DNA of 64,000 bases, filler included, from Basidiobolus ranarum (GCA_040143965.1; 6 parts of 6 records of this genome joined end to end with filler, not necessarily neighbours in it); one strand, 5' to 3'; shown: positions 42,181 through 53,967, numbered from the whole stretch's first letter. Numbers and translations are program-made. Notes: a model not told the origin generated them from the sequence alone.

Positions 42181-43173
42181 AGATGAAGACAAAAATCAAT
42201 TTTCTCCTGATCCAATCAATCAAATTGATGCAAACCAAAGCAATGAAGAAAATAACATGCCTGTAGACCCTTCAGCTAAAATCAGCCTACTGAGTTGCCC
42301 AATATAATATCAGAAGCTGTGGTACTTTCTTCTCAAACCAGGATACCAAATCAGAGCAGAAATAGCCCTGATTACTATAATGATGAGTTACAAAAATTGG
42401 GCCTTTGCCTGCACAGCTCTAGTACATGAACCCCAGACTGTAAAAGAAGTCCTGCATGGCCCTCACACAAAATTTTGGAGATATGAAATGGCTCATTAGT
42501 ACCAGACTTTGATTAATAATCAAACTTGGATTTTAACCAACTTACCTGATGATAGAATATCAATTGGCTGACAATGGGTGTTTAAAGTTCTACACAACTC
42601 TGATGGCAATGTAGAATGGCACAAAGCTGGACTAGTTGCCAAAGGCTATTCTTAAACACCATGGATAGGTCATATAGAAACTTTTGCTTCTATTGCAAAG
42701 TTTGATTCAATTAGATTGATTTTAGCAATTTCAGCTGAATGTCAGTTAATTATACATCAAATGGAAGTTCAAGCTGCTTTTATGAATGGTGAGCATGCTG
42801 AGGAGAGCTATATGTACCTGCCAGATGGATTTGTGTACCCAGAAATCCCTAAAAAATTAGTGGACTCTAGATATATACTTTCCAGGAAACACCCAAATTC
42901 TTAAAGCATAATGCTGGCTATAGTATCAACTTCAGACCAGATGAGACAAACCCAGTTTTTGCTGAAATTAGCTTTGCCTAAACATCTATATATATTGGGA
43001 AAATATGGGCTGTTTGGAGGAACTTTAGAAAAGTGGAGTTGTGAATAGCTTTGTGAGATAATTATTTATTGTCCAGAAATAAAGTATTTATACTTTTTGG
43101 TGGAAATACAGAAAACTAACACTAGGGTTGTGTTAAGAACATGTGTGGGAGTAAAATGAGCTATCTTTGGGGC
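42181..43173 (+). mobile_element. Copia RT fragment, followed by an LTR-A start (42960) interrupted by LTR-B (from 42993)
   Basis: EPQTVKEVL, HKAGLVAKGY, ETFASIAKFDSIRLILAI and IHQMEVQAAFMNG; homologous to 56600-57300. Confidence 0.85.
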
Positions 43174-43273
43174 NNNNNNNNNNNNNNNNNNNNNNNNNNN
43201 NNNNNNNNNNNNNNNNNTTAATTAATTAANNNNNNNNNNNNNNNNNNNNNNNNNNNNNNNNNNNNNNNNNNNN

Positions 43274-43737
43274 CCAGATACCGAAAGTCTTGATCTTCAA
43301 GGGGTTCTTCTCGAAGATTTCGTTAAGAGAAACGATCTCACCGGCGGCCTTCTTAACCTTCTTGAGCTTAGTCAAGAAGTACCAGAAACGGCTCTTAGCG
43401 ACAACTTCGTTGGGGGCGAAGATGCGCATACGGAAGAGTCTAGGGACGGGCTCCTTTTCGGATGGAAGCTTACGACCGATAAGTTGGTATTCGTGTAGCT
43501 TAAATAATAGAAAATTGTGAGATGAATATTCATGAACACATATCAGGATTTGTCAAAGTTCTGCAAGCTACTGTATCCTGGATGGATGGAAGTAAGTAAA
43601 TGAGGATAGAGAGACAAATCTACCAGCCTAGGTACTTTATATCAACAAGTATCGATAGATAACAGCAGACACTTTGAAACAAATCCTTCTGCATTTAATA
43701 TTAGAGTGAGTGAGGAATGAACACTTACTCTACCCAT
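43274..43737 (-). CDS. RPL20: 60S ribosomal protein eL20 (L18a), 3' truncated; intron 43499-43728
   Basis: [15 protein letters not shown]...[21 protein letters not shown]. Confidence 0.96.
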
Positions 43738-44231
43738 TGTTGTTAGAAAGAATCGAGCGATCCTCACACGTAAAAGAAGGAACCTAAAAGCGAGTACATC
43801 GGTTTCTTTTAATCTTCCTTGTTTCTAGCACTACTGCTAAATTATTTTTGAACTAGGGCCTGATTGGACCTACAGATAGTACCCTAAAATATTTTGATCT
43901 CCAACATTCGCACATGAAAATTTCAGTGAATTTACTCTTGATCAGACAGCACCGTATTTTGCACCATATACAACAGTGCTAGTTGATGGTTTAACTACAC
44001 TTGAATATACTTTGTATATATATGAATAAGTTGACTTGATATGAGAAGAAAAAGATACAAGTATCATGATAAAATTTGTTTTCTTTTATGTCTATTGGAA
44101 GTGTTATAGTTCGGACTAAACATGTTTGAATGAAGTGATTTGGTGAAGAACTGTTCCAAAAAATGAGGGAACGAAATGACAACTCAGGTTATATGAATAT
44201 TTGAGTAGAAACTAAAAGTAGTAGAGCTGCT

Positions 44232-44480
44232 TTAGAAGGAGCTTCTCTTCTCTTCGAGATTCTTGACAATCAAGAGGGAAGTATCAAGGAAACGGTCAAC
44301 ACAGTTGGTGAGACAAGCCTCTTCGGAGCGGTCGAGTTTGTTGCCGACTTTGGTGATGCACTTATCCCAGCAGAGGTCAGCAAAGGTATGGATACTTTGT
44401 TGAAGTTTAGCCTTGGCGTTTTCTCCTTCGAGGAATTGAGCTAATTCGCGTTGGTCTTGTTCACTGAATTCTTGAGACAT
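44232..44480 (-). CDS. TIM8: Mitochondrial intermembrane-space chaperone Tim8
   Basis: Twin CX3C motifs (CWDKC, CLTNC) and CVDRFLDTSLLIV; true start MSQEFSEQDQ. Confidence 0.95.
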   Translation of the reverse strand: MSQEFSEQDQRELAQFLEGENAKAKLQQSIHTFADLCWDKCITKVGNKLDRSEEACLTNCVDRFLDTSLLIVKNLEEKRSSF

Positions 44481-44828
44481 ATTGGAGAAGTTTAAAGCGA
44501 TAAATGTATGTTGCGCTTTGGTTTGAGTGAATATATAATGATATCGGAAATGAGAAATTTTTAAAGAACCCCAGATCGCTATTGCCCTGGCCCGATATGA
44601 TGCGTTAATTTGGTGGCGTACGTCATAATTTAAGATCTGGTGAATCAAGTGGTTTGATTTCATCGAATGAAGAGCATTTATTTATATAGGCAGTGGGAAA
44701 GAAGAGTGGAAGTTGTGGAGAGGTGGTAGATATACTATATGACAAATAGAGTAGGATGTACGATAGTAGCGTATATAGGGTGCTAACTTTACACTTAGGG
44801 TGATGGCAGTACGGTATATTCTGCGTCT

Positions 44829-46089
44829 TTACGAATTAGTTGCAGCACTGGCAAATATTGAATTCAGTATTCCGTTAACTTTGCCGTTGGTAAACTCTGT
44901 CATCGACGAACCGAATGTTAGGGCCGCAGCAACTGGTGTGGGCATGGGATTAGGTGTAGTAGAATTAGCACTGCTGTTATTGCCCGAACCAAGGCCGTAC
45001 AAATGTCCACTAGAGAAGAAACAGTTAGTTTCATAGTGCACAAATTAACAACGGCATATCTTAGCTTACAGGAACTTCTCATCGTCTATATGGTCATCAA
45101 AGAAAATCTGTCTCATCTTGAAAAATGTACTACACGTTAGAAGACTGTCGCTTCCAGCTTGGTGCTGGGGCCCAATGCGAGGAACCTTGATTGAGGTTAG
45201 AATTACTGGCTCAACGTTCTCTCTAGTAATTTTTCTCAGAATACCTGAAGTTCATCGGCAATATCTTGTAAACCTCCTTTAAGATTCTTGCAACTCTTCA
45301 TAAGGTATTTGATGTCATAAATACATGGGAAATAGATACGTAGCAGTTCGAAGAATTCCTTTTCATCTGCAGGAAGTGGGCAGCATGTAAGTACTTTTAA
45401 CAGGTATCCAAAATCATAGCCACTGAAAGAGTACAATAAATTTAAAACGTATTCATATCATATCAACTATATATATGTATATATTAACCTGTGAAAAGAA
45501 ATCCATTTGACATCCTTAAAGAGTACGAATCCAGAGCTTATTAGCAATTCACCAAAATGATGAACATCTATCCCGAACTCTTCATGCTTTTTAAAGTCAA
45601 TTCCTGATTTCGTCAATAAATCGATGGAATCTTGAGCATACATGTCATCACTAAACAGGTACTTTGTTAATTTTAAGGAAGACACGTTTGAAGTATTTCA
45701 AAGCTACCTTAAATTGAACTTGAAGTTAAATTGCCAAGTACAAGCACCTGGAGGAAGATTTCCTCTCTCATCTGCTAGAGTGATGCCTAATTGGATTAGT
45801 TTCAAAAGATCCACGTTACATCTCAGTGTTTGAAAGTGATAATCAGCGGAACTCTTAAACGTTCCAATAGGTCTGGCTACAACTCCCGGAAACTCAGTAT
45901 CCTGAGTAATTTAATAAGTGTACATGTTGAGTACATCAGTCCCAAGGGATACATATAGAAAGGCTTAAGGGTGCTGCCTACCATAGCAAGGTAAGGATAT
46001 TTCTCAACGAGGTCTCTTAGATAGGACATCTCTTGTCCTAAATTTTCCGCCCATACTTCTTTAATGAACCTGCTCTCGTTTGTTAACAT
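44829..46089 (-). CDS. CAF1: CCR4-NOT deadenylase subunit Caf1/Pop2 (CNOT7), multi-exon
   Basis: [42 protein letters not shown] and [10 protein letters not shown]. Confidence 0.96.
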
Positions 46090-46384
46090 CTAGGTAGAGA
46101 AGGATATGGGGATGGCACTTCGTTTTTACAAGTTTACTTTGTTTTCAGGATTTGAGTATTTTAGTGGCTATAGAAAGCTAACAGTATATACCTGACTTCA
46201 TTATTAGTTCACTATTTGGGGGCTAGAATACACCCACCCTGGTTCTGATGTAGCTATGGATCCAGACTTACCCCTAACCCTAGTTTTTCTTCTCTAAAAT
46301 TATGGAATTTCCGAAGGTTTTGTGCAGCGTTAGTAGCTTCAAAACAAAACGAATACAAATTTTATTCGTAACTTAAATCTCAAT

Positions 46385-47987
46385 ATGTCTGCTACGATCG
46401 CACCTAAAGATCTTAATGCTCAAATAGACCATTTCATCGCTAGACTCAAGCGAAGGTATACATATACAGAATAGAAACCTGACCTTTCGTACTCTTATTC
46501 TAACATAACTGCAAATCATAAGACAGGTGATTGGATCTTGGCAAGTTTCTGTTGAGACTGCTATATTACTTCGCCAAGTAGTTTCTATTAGTCGTTGGAA
46601 CACCGTGGAGATACTCCTTCAGACAGTTAAAACTGTTGGAAAGCGTTTAGTTGATGCTCAACCACAAGGTTTGAGTCAAGAATCTGATCATATAAATACT
46701 TCATAATCTAATTATTTAATACGAATTAGAACTTGCCATTGGTAACATCGTTCGTAGAGTATTACGTCTTATTCGTGAGGAAAATAATACTTTCGCTGAA
46801 CATGAGGAAAATGGAAGCATTGAAAATCATGTATCTGGACCTAGGCCCGCACCACAGTTTGCCTCCTCTTCTTCAATGTATAATCTTTTAGGAGATTTCC
46901 AGAAAGAACCTACCAAATCCGCGAATCATTTTGATATCCTCTTTTGTTCACGATATATTAGCACAACATATTGTTTTTTAAAAAAATATGCCTTAATTCT
47001 AAACACTTCTCAAGCCCGAGATTATTCAAGGAATCCAGGAAATCGTCGAGGAGCTTGAAAATATCTATGTCAACATTTCTGGACAGGCATTGGAGCATAT
47101 CCACTCCAAGTAAGAAGAGTATAGTTTCTCTAATGCATGTTGACAAATACTAACACCACTTCAGTGAAATTATCATGACTTGTGGCAAATCAAAGACCGT
47201 CGAAACATTTTTAAAAACTGCTGCCAAGAAGCGCAAGTTTCAAGTAATTGTAGCCGAAACAGCACCTTTGTATGTAGCATATTTATTTATCCTCACGTAA
47301 ATGAACGTCAACGTGTAACCCTTTGTCCAATAGATACCATGGCCATGAGATGGCTCGCTCCCTTGCCTTAGCAGGTATTGAAACAACTGTTATCCCTGAT
47401 TCAGCTATTTTCGCTGTTCTTTCCAGGGTCAACAAGGTCATTCTAGGCACACACGCAGGTATTATTTTCTGATAAAATGTTACTCAAGTCTCGAGCTAAC
47501 TTGGCCTCTATAGTACTTGCCAATGGTGGCCTAATTGCTGTTGCTGGTAGTCAAACAATCGCTACTGCCGCCAAACATCACTCCACCCCTGTGGCAGTTT
47601 GTACTGGTTTGTATAAGCTCTCTCCTCAGTTTCCATACGACTCAGATACGCTTAATATGTGTGTCTCACCAAACCCAGTATTACAATATGAAGAAGGTTA
47701 GGTTTACTTTATCATTGTAATTTGATTGTATTTGCACCTGACTAACATCTGACATGTAGGAGAGTTGATCGATAAAATTGACTTGGTAAATCCATACTTT
47801 GACTACGTTGCCCCTGAGCTTGTTAGTCTATTTATTACCAACGTGTAAGTATTTCATTTGTCATATCGAAACAAAATATCGCCAACTAATATCTCATTGT
47901 TGCTTTAGTGGCGGCCACCCACCCTCCTACTTGTACCGTCTTCTCAATGAGAATTACGATGTGGAAGATACTATGTTGGAAGTTTAA
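46385..47987 (+). CDS. GCD7: Translation initiation factor eIF2B beta subunit, multi-exon
   Basis: [56 protein letters not shown] and [11 protein letters not shown]. Confidence 0.95.
46934..47006 (+). other. U12-type AT-AC intron in GCD7
   Basis: ATATCCTCTTT donor, TGCCTTAAT branch motif and AC acceptor. Removal restores the frame ([13 protein letters not shown]). Confidence 0.85.
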
Positions 47988-48446
47988 ATAGAAATATATA
48001 ATCTTGGAGTACCCCTTTCACGATAATGCTAGTAGATTTGTTTTATCTAGGCTCAGCTCATAGTGTGGTTTCTCATGTGTATCTTGAAAATAAATAGATC
48101 AATTTAATATATTTCATGGTGGATTATTTCTTTGCTATTTTGGGCGTATCTTGAATATCATTCAGTAAAAAAAAGAATATTTACCCTAGTGAATCTTGGG
48201 GAGCAGATACGAATGAAAACTAATCTTTTTTTTTAGATTTTTTTCAGTGCAAACCCGGGATCCCTGTGGAGGATTCGAAACACTTTATTGAGTCGTCCAT
48301 ACGCTCAACTATTCTTTCTTTCTCGAACCGGCTTTTGTCTAGAGGACTCATGTACGTGTAGCGATGGATGAATTCTATCGAAGTTATAGATTAGTACTAG
48401 GATTCCCGTAACTAACATACCATCAATTATACACTAGATATTCACT

Positions 48447-49076
48447 ATGTCGGCTGATCTCACCTGGCTCCTCGTTAAGGACAACTCCAGCTTCCTCGTT
48501 AAGCGTAGCGGAGTTCAATTCACCACTGAACCCAACAACTTGACCAACTTGAACTCCTTCAAGTACTCTGGCTTGGCTAACAGCAAGGTCGTCGGTGTTA
48601 CTGCCGCTCCTTCTGGCAAGGGTGTCGTTTTGACCACCAAGAAGCAATCCATCTCTGCTTCCAAGCCCAGCAAGTCTTTCCAAAAGACCACCGTTGCCGG
48701 ATCTTCCCGCAGAGCCGCCAAGGTTATTGTTAACAGCACTGCCCGTTCTGGTTACCGTGCTGATTTGCGCAAGGTAAGGATAAATCCTATTTCTAAATAC
48801 AAAGCAACTGCTAGAATCCACCCGATTCATAACATGACGGCTGGGCGTATATTGTTTGCAAAATCAAACTTCTTCATTAGATAACCACTCTTGATTCTAA
48901 TTGATTGAATCGGAGTTATTTCTTTGTCGAGATATACTTTCCTATGATCTTATTGGAATGTTTGCTAACACTTTGTTCCATTACAGGTTGCCCTCGGTCG
49001 TCTTTCTGCCATTCTTGCTGCCCAAAAGCCCAAGAAGGTTACCAAGAAGTGTGGCCGTACCGTCCTTCGCAAGTAA
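48447..49076 (+). CDS. RPL28: 60S ribosomal protein eL28; intron 48774-48986 and probable 5'UTR intron ~48352-48437
   Basis: MSADLTWLLVKDNSSFLVKR...EPNNLTNLNSFKYSGLAN...YRADLRKVALGRLSAIL (metazoan L28 nomenclature). Confidence 0.95.
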
Positions 49077-49441
49077 ACTTAATTTATTGTAAGGGTTTTT
49101 TGTGTTGACTAGACATCTCTTCTTCCCAATAAACAAATATTCGCCTCTAATTTGCTGTTTGTAATGCATGCATGTTTAAAAGTTTATTTACGAAACTGAG
49201 TAGGAGACTGGATCAGTCCAAGTAGTACAGATCTACTTTGGCATGAAATGATGTTTCAGTTCAGATGGCTCCAAACTCATTGCTTGAACGTTGTTAGAGA
49301 TAGTTCAGTATGAGCGTTAAAACCACCCAGATGTTTCGAAGTCTAATCGGAAATTAAGTAGGTATGAACCATATAAGCACCACAGATGTATTCTAATTGA
49401 TTTCTTGTTAGGATAGGTTCGTTTTGGTTACTCTTATTGAA

Positions 49442-50098
49442 ATGTATTTCTTAATATTTGTGATTTCACTTCTCTTCGCGAAGGGTTGCTTTTCCCAATT
49501 TTTTGATCAAAGTTTTGATTGTGGCTGGCCAGGAATAACGAGACAACAGTGCGATATACGTACGGGTTGTCAATACTCTCCTTTACTGAATTCAAACTTT
49601 GGTAGTGCTTGCTTCTTTCCCAGCAGTCTAGTGTATAGACGCATAAGTTGTGGACCAGAGAATGTTACTCCAGAGGATTGTACGAAGGGACATTCATGTA
49701 TTTACCGTAAGGATAAGACTGGTAGCCCTGCATGTTTTCACAAGCATCCACCCGGTGGATTAAAATTCGCTGATGAGAACATCGATTGTGGATGGTTGGG
49801 TATTAATAGCAATCAATGTAGAACCTCTCTAGGATGTATCTGGAAGCCTAAAACTGGTGGGAATCATTGTTTCTATCCACGTCATTTATCGAATGATAGA
49901 ATTCCTTGTGGAAGAGAAAACATTAGTCATTCTGAGTGTACCAACAGAAAGTGTCTGTACGATTCCATTTCTGAAGGTAATCAAGCCAGTTGCTTTTATC
50001 TGCCAGGCATCGCTCCAAGGATTGACATACCAACTGGCTATGAAGCTATAGCAACGCTCACCAGTTATATAGTGGAGACTAGAAATATAGCCGAATAA
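49442..50098 (+). CDS. Secreted Cys-rich protein with four tandem trefoil (P-type)-like repeats, 218 aa, intronless
   Basis: Signal peptide MYFLIFVISLLFAKGCFS, then four repeats of CG-x3-[IV]-x4-C-x4-5-C-x9-12-CF. TATAA at ~49373. Confidence 0.8.
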   Translation: MYFLIFVISLLFAKGCFSQFFDQSFDCGWPGITRQQCDIRTGCQYSPLLNSNFGSACFFPSSLVYRRISCGPENVTPEDCTKGHSCIYRKDKTGSPACFHKHPPGGLKFADENIDCGWLGINSNQCRTSLGCIWKPKTGGNHCFYPRHLSNDRIPCGRENISHSECTNRKCLYDSISEGNQASCFYLPGIAPRIDIPTGYEAIATLTSYIVETRNIAE

Positions 50099-50432
50099 AT
50101 AAAATAAATTTCTCCAAAGACTATACGTAAAATTTGGTTGCAAGGATCCTATCAAGTTACGTGAATGTTGTATATATGCTATCCGAGAATATGAATATTA
50201 TTTATATTTATATCATGTATTGATTTTATTCTTGGGCAAAATCAAAACGAAAAGATAAAAGAATTAAAGCTAATTAGCGAAAACAAAGGATAAAATTGAA
50301 AAACAAAGCTTTTACCACAGAAAGCAGAGAGTTGAATCTCCTAGACATGTCCTTAAAAGGTGAAGAGTATGTATTGGATCCAAATGCCTATAATGATATT
50401 ATATATTTTTGGAAATAATCATATGGTTATAT

Positions 50433-51134
50433 CTACTTGTTTGATTTGGTATATTGCTTCTTTCCAGTGGTGAAGGGAAGGTACTTGTATCTCAACATGT
50501 GTTGAATCTGGCGCTTCATGGTCAGAGCAAACAGCAAGATAAAGTACATCAATAGGATGGGCCAGAATACTGGGAGATCCAAGGCGGTGAATAAAGTACA
50601 GAATAAGGAGATAACTGTAGCCTTTGTGGCAGAGTACCTAAAAGTGAGGTAAATTGAGTAAGTGTTTGTATTCAAACAACCTTTCCATATCATCAAAAGG
50701 AATTTACCAAAATTTGAACTCAGGAAGGCGTCGGATAAAGGGACGAAACTCTTCATCGGATTTGGTTGGAAGTGAAGGACCCTCTTCTGTTTGTCCCTCC
50801 ATCTCCAATTCTTCCTCCAGGGCTGGATCGAATTTAGGAGTCAAAAACGCAAGGAATAAATTCAACAAGTAGATACCCAAGCCATAGCAGATAATATACC
50901 ATCCCTGAGAGAAAACAATACGGAGCATAAACGTAACCAACAGGACCCCAAAGGCTACCCATCTTGGAGTAACGTGGGGCGTAGTTGAGTCCAGCCAAGC
51001 TTGATATCTCTATTGTTACATGTAAGGATGAATTGTTATTAAAATAATCAAGGGAATCTGGTGACTATATTTACTCTATGATAAGCCACTTTATAGGAGT
51101 TCAAAGTGGAATCGCCATTTTCTTCCGCGTTCAT
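50433..51134 (-). CDS. RER1: Golgi-to-ER retrieval receptor Rer1, 3 exons
   Basis: YQAWLDSTTPHVTPRW, GIYLLNLFLAFLTPKFDP, EEFRPFIRRLPEFKFW and TMKRQIQHMLRYKY. Confidence 0.97.
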
Positions 51135-52755
51135 GATTTGGAATAAGTTTGGCTTCAATAGTAACACTATTTAGTTTATAAAGATATGTTGGCAAAATTA
51201 GAACCACGCAACACGAAATATTTAAATTTACGAAAGATATATTATTGCGGTTAACATTGCATTGTTGCTAGAATCTTCGTATATCTGAAAGAACAGCTTT
51301 AGTTTGGCCAATCATATACGAACAGATGGTATTCAACAGAAAGGCAATTCAACAAACACTGAAATGAAACAGGCATAAGTTATATCGAGTTTTGAGGAAA
51401 TTATGTTTAAAACAAACATGTTGAGTTGGGGAGACATTCTCCTATTTGCGACAAACATGTCGGCACACTCGTATTAGTATAGTGGACATTGAAGCTCACT
51501 AGCATTATTCTCAAAGTGGGGATGTAAGGATGTGATCAGAATATCATGAGATGACGTACCCAATTCATCACATACTACAGTGAGGTATTCTTGAAACGAA
51601 TTATCGTTAAAACTATAATAAACGAAGCATACACAACACAAAGAATCGCTAGTTTACTCCAAAACTATATAGCTAGTCTAAACCTATCACTACGTATAGA
51701 ATAGCTCTTTGCATTCATAGGCTCAGGATGCCTTATTTGAAGCTAAATGTGAAAAATATTGGAGTAGTCTTAAACAGACGTCACTCTCTATAGCTATACC
51801 CTGTTCAGTAGTTTCCCTGTAACATGAATCTTATGAGATGCCAAAGAAAAGTAGTATATACTTCAAGATCTCTTTATTATAGATACTTTAACGTACTGGT
51901 GACACTTTCTACGACCTCTTCCAGGTATACCTTCTGTTTTACTATGTAAAGGTGAAATTGTTCGCTTAGAGAACAAATACCAAGTGCTACTTGGTCGCGA
52001 TTTCAAATTCTCCACTCATATCAAGTGGCGTCTCTAAGCCATTGCTAAGTTTAGAATGATATCTAAAAATGTTGAACCCGCAATAAGGATATTTTGAGTA
52101 GTTTTACCAGGAAAAGTTAATCTAAGGAAGCAATATATATATATAATCTTCGGTAGTTATTGAATGTGTTATAAGCATTGAGGTTTCTACGGGAAATATC
52201 GATGATTGGCCCAGTGAAATCCACACGTAACAGTAAAATTTACCAGTCAAAAAGCAGTAATGCGACAAGCTACGCTGTGCCCCCACTCTCCCCAACAACT
52301 CGTGACCCCCAGCAGGGAGCCAAGGCTAGATTCCTTGCACCTGCTCCTCAGCTTAATATGCATTCTGGCATTGCGGTGATTCAATCCGATTGGCATATGA
52401 CCAAGTATTGGTTGAACGCCACCACACTGCAACTTTGGAAACCAATCCAAATTTTAGCAATGTCTGGACTCATATCAGATATTATTGAATCAGTATCCAT
52501 GCCACCACATAGACCTTATTTTTGTTTCAATATGGTATGCTACGGTTCATTCATCGATATAATTCGCCTTTTATCGCGTTTTATACCTATTTTGTCACTC
52601 ACTTTTAAGGTTCGTTTACATCAAATCGAGGGTAGATTATGATGGCGAAGGAGTATAAGAGGATGAAGAATTTCTCATCAGCATCTCTACCTGGGTATTA
52701 TTGACTCTAACAGTCTTAATTCATTACCTACCCATCCCTTTAGTATCCAGTCAAT

Positions 52756-53967
52756 ATGGTGAACTTTACTATCGGTATGTATGTTTCACCACAATCTCGA
52801 ATCCTCGAACTTACTTGCTAATTCCTGAGTGATATTGTTTAGACCAAATCCGTGGACTTATGGACAAGGTTACGAACATCCGTAACATGTCTGTCATTGC
52901 CCATGTTGATCACGGCAAATCTACCTTGACCGATTCCCTTGTCTCCAAGGCTGGTATTATTTCTTCCGCCAGAGCCGGTGAGACTCGGTTCACTGATACT
53001 CGTCAGGATGAGCAAGACCGTTGTATTACTATCAAGTCTACTGCTATCTCCATGTTCTTTGAACTTCCCAAAGAAGATATTGGTGATGTTAAGCAAAAGA
53101 CTGATGGTAACGAGTTCTTGATTAACTTGATCGATTCTCCCGGTCACGTTGATTTCTCATCAGAGGTCACAGCTGCTCTTCGTGTTACTGATGGTGCTTT
53201 GGTCGTGGTTGACTGTGTCTCTGGTGTATCTGTCCAAACAGAAACCGTCTTGCGTCAAGCCCTTACTGAACGTATTAAGCCTGTTATTATCATTAACAAG
53301 GTTGATCGTGCTTTACTGGAATTACAATTGACTAAAGAAGATTTGTATACTTCTTTCCTTCGTACCATCGAATCCGTCAACGTCATCATTTCAACCTACT
53401 TTGACCCTATCCTTGGTGATGTCCAAGTTTATCCTGAACGTGGTACTGTCGCCTTCGGCTCTGGTCTTCATGGTTGGGGTTTCACCTTGAGACAGTTTGC
53501 ACAACGTTATGCCAAGAAATTTGGTGTTGACCAGGATAAAATGATGGGTAAACTTTGGGGAGAAAACTATTTCAATCCCGCTACTCGCAAGTGGACCAAC
53601 AAAAGTACAGGTGCTGACGGAAAGCCCCTTGAACGTGCTTTCTGTATGTTTATCTTGGATCCTATCTTTAAACTCTTCGACTCTATTATGAACTTCAAAA
53701 AGGAACAAACTAACACCATGTTGGAGAAGTTGGAAGTTCCTCTCAAGGCCGATGAGAAGGATTTGGAAGGAAAGGCTCTTCTGAAGGTTGTCATGCGTAA
53801 GTTCTTACCTGCTGCAGATGCTTTATTGGAGATGATAGTTATCCACTTGCCTTCACCTGTCACTGCTCAAAGATACAGAGCCGAGTTCTTGTACGAAGGT
53901 CCCCAAGATGATGCTTGTGCTGAAGGTATCCGTAACTGCGATCCTAAGGCTCCTCTTATGTTGTATG
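52756..53967 (+). CDS. EFT1: Translation elongation factor 2, 3' truncated; one intron near the start
   Basis: [43 protein letters not shown] and NKVD. Confidence 0.98.

Noticed and set aside
44481-44663. N-terminal extension of the Tim8 ORF in the ORF track
   Set aside because: Tim8 proteins are small and similarity begins at the ATG at 44480; the extension is promoter or UTR sequence.
46095-46110. ATATCCTT (minus strand) just upstream of the CAF1 ATG, resembling a U12 donor
   Set aside because: An intron starting here would remove the start codon and conserved N-terminus, and no matching branch site or AC acceptor was found.
48423-48830. 135-aa antisense ORF over RPL28, and similar antisense ORFs over EF-2, PMA1 and RPL20
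   Set aside because: Shadow ORFs caused by codon bias in highly expressed genes.
52178-52642. 154-aa ORF upstream of EF-2
   Set aside because: Non-ATG start, no recognisable motif, and it overlaps the CCAAT-containing EF-2 promoter region.
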